From assembly GCF_009914755.1 (NCBI RefSeq), contig NC_060931.1: a DNA stretch of 64,000 nucleotides. One strand, written 5' to 3'. Source of the DNA: the human T2T-CHM13v2.0 reference genome, Homo sapiens. Shown here piece by piece: positions 18,090 through 64,000 of this stretch (its first letter is position 1; every line of letters starts with the position of its first letter). The position numbers were made by a program, and so were the translations under genes. The notes under the pieces are model-generated. The model was given only the letters and a program-made list of their open reading frames with translations, was not told the DNA's origin and made no database searches.

Positions 18090-18260
18090 TTTATATGTGG
18101 TGCACACGCAGCCACCCTGTGCCCTGTGCTGGAATGAGTGACGGTCTTCCTTATCAGGTATAGCCAGGGGGTGCCTGTGAGGAACAGCTGTCCGACCCTG
18201 CCTGACTCACCAGTGTTGCAATCTGGGAAATGTATTCAGGGCCTGTTTATCTCTGCCCAG
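18090..18260. promoter_or_regulatory. Candidate hematopoietic/erythroid enhancer
   Basis: RUNX TGTGGT 18096, GATA TTATCA 18151 with CAG 8 nt away, E-box CAGCTG 18185, AP-1 TGACTCA 18203, GATA TTATCT 18247. Confidence 0.45.
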
Positions 18261-18744
18261 GGCAGGGCCAAGCTTGACCCACGAAGCCTCCGATCTCAGG
18301 AGCAGCTTCTCCAGGGCAAGAAAACAAGTTTGGAGAGAATCTAATGCTTTCAGCAAGACACTCAGACGGAGTAAGATGAAACTGGTTATTTGGTGGAATG
18401 AGTAGCAGAGCCCAGGCCAGAAGCTGCTCTGTCTCTGAAGTTACCTGTTAACTCCAACAGCTCTGGAACCAAAGTGAATTGATCCGTGTCCCCACCAAGT
18501 GTGAAAATCCCCCCCCAGAAAGCCCCCCAATTCCATTTCACTGCTTCTCACTGGGAAAGTGGTTCATTTTGAGCTGGCATTCTTGGCGTTTGTGATCACA
18601 GGTCTAGGCCCTTCTAGAAGGTAATCGTGTCAGTAGTTTCTTTGCTGCTGTGGAAATAAAAGCTTCAAGTTATCTACATGTAACTTTGTAACAGTTTGTC
18701 CCCAGAGAAGTAGTCAGATTTCAGGAGCATGTGGCATGATTCAG

Positions 18745-18875
18745 TTAGCCCATGGGACTTAGAGGAAGAAGACCCCTTCCAGCCTAGGATTTACCTGTTA
18801 TTGATATAACTTGGGCAAGTAACTGAACCTTTATGCCTCAGTTTCCTCATCTATAAAACAGGATGATAGCACCTG
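18745..18875 (+). mobile_element. MIR
   Basis: cttgggcaagtaactgaacctttatgcctcagtttcctcatctataaaa. Confidence 0.75.
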
Positions 18876-18967
18876 TACTTCCTTTGCCTAGGTCAAATAG
18901 GATCAAATAGGAGATGATGCAACCTCTGATGTGCTAGTCATCTATAAAGTATTATCCTGTCCCCCGT

Positions 18968-19012
18968 ACACACACACACACACACAGACACACACACACA
19001 CACACACACACA
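18968..19012. repeat. (AC)n microsatellite, interrupted
   Basis: Seen directly. Confidence 0.95.
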
Positions 19013-19329
19013 TACTCCCCAATGCCGAGCTTCAAGGAGGAAGTGAGGCTGGAAATTATTCATGCCTACATTGAAAGAGCTCTCACTTGGGCCACCTCCC
19101 CTGTTCGGAGCCCGCATGTTGTCAGTTGCAGCCTCCTGCCTTGCCTTCGCTGCTTTCTCGTCTCTCTGGTCTGGAAATGCCGGAAGCCCCAGACTCAGTT
19201 CTCACGTCTCTATCTACTCTTCTTTATCTACAGTTAATACCTAAGTGACTTTACCCAACCTCAAAGCTTTATATGCCATCTATACTTTGACTCCCTAATG
19301 TACATTCCTGATATGGGCCCTTGCCCCCA

Positions 19330-20704
<1,375 letters not shown>

Positions 20705-21347
20705 CCCCTGAACTCAGAGGCATATACATAGCTGCCTGTGCGACATCTCATGTCCAAAAATAAATTTCTGATACCACCTCCTCACCTCTTCCTCACATAC
20801 TTTTCCCCATCTCAGTCAATGACAACTATTAAGTTGAAATATATGAAATTGCCTTTTAAGGTTAAGAACTATCAAATATTGGTGATTTCATTTGGTTCAA
20901 CCTAATACATTCTTCTAGCTGCTCAGGCCAAGGGCCTTGAATTACGGTCCCCAACCCTTCTTGTTCTTTAGCCCCTTCATCCAATTATCAGGAAATCCTG
21001 TTGGCCCTACCGTCAAAATATATCCAGAATCTTTTCCTTGCCTTCTCTACCAAGCCATCATCTCTTACATAGATTGCTATAATCACTTCCCAGTTGGCCT
21101 CACTTCTTCAACCCCTGTATTCAACTCAGAAGCCAGTGAGCCTAACTATAAAGCAAATCTTGTCTCCCTACTGTTCAAAACCCTCCAAGAGCTTCCCAGT
21201 TCACATCGTGACATCATGTAAAAGTCAAAGCCATCACAGGCATTCAAAGCCCTACAGGAGCTGCCCTATCCGATTCTGTCACTCACTCCTTTCTACCCAC
21301 ACTGGTCTTTTTCATTTTTTCTTTTTTCACATGTAGATATATATTTT

Positions 21348-21433
21348 AAGACTAGTCAAGTGAAGCAGTGGGGATGGAGAAGGAACAAAGAAATCTGTAA
21401 TCAAGAGTTGTAAACACTGCACTCAGACCAGCC
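21348..21433 (-). pseudogene. Y3 RNA (RNY3) retropseudogene with internal deletions
   Basis: Reverse complement reads GGCTGGTCTGAGTGCAGTGTTTACAACT...TTACAGATTTCTTTGTTCCTTCTCC..CCACTGCTTCACTTGACTAG. It has a tail and a degenerate TSD and lies inside an L2. Confidence 0.88.
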
Positions 21434-21929
21434 CACATTGGGTTTCTTGCTGTTCCTCATATACACCAAGCATGCCCCGGCCTGGGGTCCTTTGCACTTT
21501 GCTACTTTCTCAGCCTAAAATATTCTTCCCCTAGATAAGCATATGGCCTGCTCCCTAATGTCCTTTGAGTCTTTGCTGAAATGTCACCTTCTCAGTAGAG
21601 CCTTCCCTGAGCACCTTAGTATTTAATTATTTAGAGATAGGGCCTTGCTCTGTCGTCCAGGCTAGAGTGTCTTGGTGCTATTATGCCTCACACAGCCTCA
21701 AACTCCCAGGCTCAAGTGATCCTCCCACCTCAGGCCCCCAAGTAGCTGGGACTACAGCTGTGTGCCACCATACCTGGCTGACTTTTTTTTTTTTTGGTAG
21801 ACATAGGGTCTCGCTATGCTGCCCAGGCTGGTCTTGAACTCCTGGGCTCAGGTTACCCTCCTACCTCAGACTCCCAAAGTGCTGGAATTATAGACATGAG
21901 CCGCTGTACCCAGCTTATTTATTGATTGA

Positions 21930-22136
<207 letters not shown>

Positions 22137-22157
22137 TGAACTCCTGACCTCAGGTGA

Positions 22158-22457
<300 letters not shown>

Positions 22458-23009
22458 TGAACTTCTGACCTCGTGATCCACCCACCTTGGCCTCCCAAAG
22501 TGCTAGGATTACAGGCGTGAGCCACCGCGCCCGGCCATTTATTTATTTTTTAGAGACAGGTTCTCACTATTTTGCCCAGGCTGGCCTTGGATTCCTGAGC
22601 TCAAGCGATCCTCCCATCTCACCATCCTGAGTATCTGGAATAATAGGCATAAGCCACTGTGCCCACCTTAAACTGCGGTACCAACTCTACCCCAGTACAT
22701 CCTCTTCCTTTTTCTTTTGTTTTTCCTCCCGAGGACTTACTACCATCTCATATACTGTGTTTTACTCATATACTTTATTTAATTCAGGATGTAAGTGCAG
22801 GAAGAGAGGGACCTTTGTCTAATTCACTGTTGTATATCCAATGTCTAGAGTGGTATGTGGTACATAGTAAGTGTTCAAATAGTAAATGAATGAAATGAAG
22901 AAGGAAGACCGGCTGAAAAGGCAACAAAAAATTAAAAGCTTAAAGGAGCTCCTTGGAAGCTCACAAAGTTAATTCTTCCTAACGGTCCGTATAAAGTGGC
23001 AGGAAACCT

Positions 23010-23240
23010 CACATCCTGAGTGCCTACTCTGAACCAGGCACTGTACCAAGGTGCATTACTTACAACCAACCAACCTGGCAGGACAGATGTTATTCTGCTT
23101 GTTGCACAGATGAAGAATCTTACGTTCAAAGAAGTCATGTAAGTTGCCCAAGGTCACACAGACGGTAATGGAAGCATCAGGATTCAAATCCAAGTCCCCA
23201 ACGTCAAAGCGCATGCCACTTGCAATCTGCTGTGCCACCT
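23010..23240 (-). mobile_element. MIR
   Basis: cagatgaagaa...aagttgcccaaggtcacacag...caggattcaaatcc. Confidence 0.7.
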
Positions 23241-23284
23241 TGTTAATTCAGTCAGTTTAATTTGCAGGTGTTGGGAAACTTACT

Positions 23285-23589
23285 TTTTTTGTTTTTTTTT
23301 TTTTTTTGAGACGGAGTCTCGCTCTGTCACCCAGGCTGGAGTGCAGTGGTGCGATCTGGCTCACTGCAAGCTCCGCCTCCCGGGTTCACACCATTCTTCT
23401 GCCTCAGCCTCCAGACTAGCTGGGACTACAGGCACCTGACACCACGCCCGGCTAATTTTTTGTATTTTTTAGTAGAGACGGGGTTTCACTGTGTTAGCCA
23501 GGATGGTCTCGATCTCCTGACCTTGTGATCCACCCGCCTCGGCCTCCCAAAGCGCTGGGATTACAGGCGTGAGCCACCGCGCCCAGCCG
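23285..23589 (-). mobile_element. AluY-like
   Basis: CpG-rich, gcaagctccgcc diagnostic, TSD gaaacttact. Confidence 0.88.
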
Positions 23590-23659
23590 AAACTTACTAT
23601 TTTTAAGGCCAAACCAAAATTTTACCTCCTTCATGACCAGAAATCTACTAGGCCACTCC

Positions 23660-23775
23660 ATTTTTTTTTTTTTTAACTTTTACTTTAGGTGCAGGGATGC
23701 ATGTGCAGGTTTGTTATATAGGCAAACTGTATGTCACAGGGGGTGTAGTGTACAGATAATTTCATCGCGCAGGAT
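23660..23775 (-). mobile_element. Short 5'-truncated L1P 3' end
   Basis: PolyT followed by ...catgtgcaggtttgttatatagg.... TSD ctaggcca(c/t)tc. Confidence 0.75.
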
Positions 23776-23914
23776 CTAGGCCATTCTAACACATTAATGT
23801 TCCTCTGAAAAGAAATGGTCTGTGTCTCCAGAGTTCCCCCTCTCAGCAAATGGCACCATCATTCAACCAGCTGCCCAGACTAAGCCCTTAGAGTCTCCCT
23901 TGCCTGCTTTGTGT

Positions 23915-27823
<3,909 letters not shown>

Positions 27824-28079
27824 AAGATAGTTGCATCATTTTGTCATGAGGAGAGAACACAAGAAATCTTTCAATTCACATGCTTTTTTAAAACCAGTGC
27901 TTACAGAAGTTGCAGTCACAATACATCTGGCTGCTCAGAACATCAAATTTAGAATCTAAACAGTTTTTCCCTAAGTCAATGTTCTGGACCCAGTTTATAA
28001 ACCTCCTTAGATTTGCTGAGCCCCACTCCTTCCCAGGCCTTGATCCTGCCTCAGTCTCTCAGTCTTGCAGTGCTTCCCG

Positions 28080-28587
28080 CGTAGTGAGGGCAGTGCCGGC
28101 TGCATCCTTCTGTGGCTCTCCAGGCACAGCTGTCACTGCCATGGCTTCTTTCCTCACACAGCCGCTGCCTCAACCTCCCCTAGGAGTGAGGGCCAAGGTG
28201 CAGCAGCTCCAGCACCAAACTGGACTCCAGGACCTTCTGGCTCCCCAGTAGCTGCTGAGAGGGGCCCAGTAACACAACCTGCACATGAAGGGGAGTTAAC
28301 ACCGTGGGGTGGACTTTTATGGAAAAGAGAGAGGAGGCCGGAAGGAGCCCGCAGTGGCTCATTCTGCTGCTGCTTTGTCCCCATGTGATTCTTCTAACGC
28401 TTGGAGGCCCCCGAATGAATGAAAACACAACGACCTGTCATCCATAATGAGAACACGTTCCTTCCTCAGCTGCCTAGCTTCCCCTCTTCCTCACTCTTGC
28501 TGCCCTGGGCTTGCAGCCCACCCCAGTGAAACATTAACCCTTGGGCTTTGCCTCTAGCTCTGTTTTCTAGGAAGCCACGTTAGGACA
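28080..28587 (+). mobile_element. Old ERVL-class LTR (LTR16/LTR33-like)
   Basis: 3' end ...ttgcctctagctctgttttctaggaagccacgttaggaCA resembles LTR16-family termini. Family assignment is uncertain. Confidence 0.5.
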
Positions 28588-28884
28588 GGCAAATTATGCA
28601 TTTACTTGAGGGTAGGAGCTTTACAAACCCTCCTGCTTTTCTACCTTGCACTCTTAAGTAGAAACTTCTCTCCTCTCTGGGAGGGAATGGTACTAGAAAG
28701 ATAACTCTAACCCTTCTCCCAACCTCCAGTACTCCATGGGGTGACCATCAGCCCTTGGCAGGAAAACAGGGGGTGACTGTCCTGCACGTAGCCAGTAGTG
28801 TTGTCTAAGACTGGAGTCGGGGGAGAGTAAGTTGAATTCTGTGAGGAAAAGATAGAAAGCCCATTTTGATGTAGATACCAACCA

Positions 28885-36744
<7,860 letters not shown>

Positions 36745-37524
36745 CCTTAAATTATTTCTAAGGCTGACAGGAAGACTGAAACATGCATAGTTACAGCACA
36801 GGTGAAACCTCTCTTTCATTTCTTTTTTGTTTGTTAGGCTGAGATGTAAATGCATACATGATATATGTAGCAGAATAATCTACTGAGAATCAGCTCGTGT
36901 TTGTTTTTACCTCTGTGGATGCCTTAGGAGGAATGAAAGGTATTTTTCCCCTCCCAGTGTGGTACACAGGCCTTTATTCTGATTTCTGGGAAACCTTTTC
37001 CTCTAGAAGGTGATCACAGGAGGTGAGGAGTCATTTGTGTAATCTATCAGCAAGATTAGATTTTATCGTCTCGGACAGCTGTAGGATGTTCAGGGGTTGG
37101 AAATGAGAAAGCAGCCAGACCCTAGGAGAGGCTCAAGGACGGGGAAGAAGAACTAGGTTGGTAGAGGCCTTGGGGCCTGGGGGAGGGGTGGAGATGCTGA
37201 AGTGGCAGCCTCCGTGGAAGAAATCCTTAAGCTACGAGCAGGGAGCTGGACTAGGAGGCTGCAGGATCCTCTGGAACGTCCATGGCCAGAGAGATGGTGG
37301 GGACCAGCATTTGAAGCAGCAGCTCTGTCTGGCAGAGCAGCCACAGGAAAGCCAACCAGGGCCTCTAAGTGCTGAAAGACTGGGAGTCCATGGGATCCTG
37401 TCTAGGTGCCCAGGGTTAGTGATGATCCAAGGGAGTGGAACCCATCCTTGGAATAGTTAATATTGGGCCTCCCTCCAATCCAGGTGAGTAGGTTTGAGGT
37501 GGTTCTAATTAAAGCTAAGAACAT

Positions 37525-43990
<6,466 letters not shown>

Positions 43991-44259
43991 AGTATTGTTT
44001 TGGGTGGAATTTGGATCATTGCCAATTTTTTGCTCCTAGGAACAATGTGATCATGACTGTTCCTATATACATGGTCTGGTGCGAGTGTATATTAGTTTCT
44101 CTGGATGTATACCTAGGACTGGAATTGCTGGATTCCAGGATATGAACATGTTCAAGTTGACTAGGTAAAGTTATTTTTTAGAAGTGATTGTACCCATGTA
44201 CCAGTGAAATTTACCTTTTTTGCTCTATTTTTTACTACTTTCATAATGAAAATATAAAT

Positions 44260-46705
<2,446 letters not shown>

Positions 46706-46706
46706 T

Positions 46707-47235
<529 letters not shown>

Positions 47236-47592
47236 GGAACACAGGCTGTACAGGGGGATTGAGGGCCTGAGTTTGGGGTTGAATGAGGATTGCCAGGTGG
47301 AGGCTGTCATGGGCTTCCATTTGGAGTTTTCCCATCGTTCTGGGAAGAGAATGCCTGCCTGGTTGGTCCAGGGCTTCCTGCTCTTGTTGACATCCTTAGG
47401 GCAGCAGCCAGACTGGTGTGCACCCCTGGTAATGGCTCAAGCATGTGGAAGGAACCAACAATCTTCATTAAGTCCCATTTTTCCGGTTGGGACTGAGGCA
47501 GAGAGCAGGGAGAGGCGAGGAAGGATGGGGAAGGGAAGGTCTTGTCAGGGGAGGGATAGAGCAGTTCCCCTCCTTTCCTTCCTCCCTCCCTT

Positions 47593-47652
<60 letters not shown>
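47593..47652. repeat. Compound (CT)n(AT)n(AC)n microsatellite
   Basis: Seen directly. Confidence 0.95.
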
Positions 47653-47656
<4 letters not shown>

Positions 47657-47665
47657 ACTCGTTCG

Positions 47666-48831
<1,166 letters not shown>

Positions 48832-49034
48832 TAAAAAGCAGAATCTGATGTGTGGGAAATGCCAATCCCCAGGCAAATAGAAACTCCTTCATTTTGCAGA
48901 TCTGGTATCTGCATAATTTCAACAGAAACTATTTTTTAGAGAGGCAGAAATGATGTTGGCCCCAATCCAAGCCTCGGGGGTTTCTAGTCTCAATCAAGGA
49001 AGTGAAGATCAAAGAGAACATGACTGATTAGGGC

Positions 49035-49215
49035 TTTGACTCTCAGAGTTTGGTGTGAATCAGAATCACCCCGAGCCCTGTTAAAGAATTCAGACGCCTG
49101 GCTCCACCCTACAGACTCTGATTTAATGAGTTTAAAGTGGGGCCCAGGCATCTGCATCTGTTTATAACAAACCACCCTGGTGACATTGATGCCCACTTGC
49201 GTGTGGAGGACCTGC
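49035..49215. mobile_element. MER5-type DNA transposon
   Basis: atcagaatcacc...cagactctgatt...gtggggcccaggcatctgcat. Confidence 0.65.
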
Positions 49216-49274
49216 TGGAGGAGTCTGAGGAAGGCTGGAAAGGGAAGCATTCAGCTGTGATCAATCCTAAGACT

Positions 49275-63876
<14,602 letters not shown>

Positions 63877-64000
63877 TTATTTAATTACTGGTTGTTAAGT
63901 TGTAATAGTGTTAATGCAATCAACAAAAAGTAAACTATAGCAGAAAGAGTGCAGAGCCCTGAGTTGGATAGACCTGGGTTAGAGATCTTACTTGGTTTAC

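Overview
Primate (almost certainly human) genomic DNA spanning the 5' end of UBE2H, the ubiquitin-conjugating E2 of the GID/CTLH E3 complex, on the minus strand. The only protein-coding sequence I can support is the 53-nt coding part of exon 1 (11910->11858, MSSPSPGKRRMDTDVVKL). It ends at a minor-spliceosome (U12-type) donor, GTATCCTT. Positions 1-11857 are proximal intron 1. About 11540-12430 is a CpG-island promoter with two perfect CRE palindromes, a GC box and a ZNF143/THAP11-type ACTACAACTCCCAG motif. The remaining ~51 kb is upstream DNA densely filled with Alus (on the order of 100 full or partial copies in the window, very roughly half of it by eye), plus L1M, L2, MIR, MER5 and LTR remnants, microsatellites and two Y3 RNA retrocopies. 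Nearly all ORFs in the supplied track are Alu- or GC-derived artefacts. I found no new protein-coding system. The best lead is a possible major-spliceosome (U2) route overlapping the U12 intron: a 5'UTR GTGAGT donor, a 43-nt stop-containing cassette exon and an AG|GTGAGA recursive-type site, all inside a ~5-kb zone with no recognisable repeats. Other leads are a GATA/TAL1/RUNX/AP-1 enhancer-like cluster at ~18.1 kb and several rearrangement scars in Alus, including an 88-bp triplication. Repeat boundaries and subfamily calls were made by eye and are approximate.
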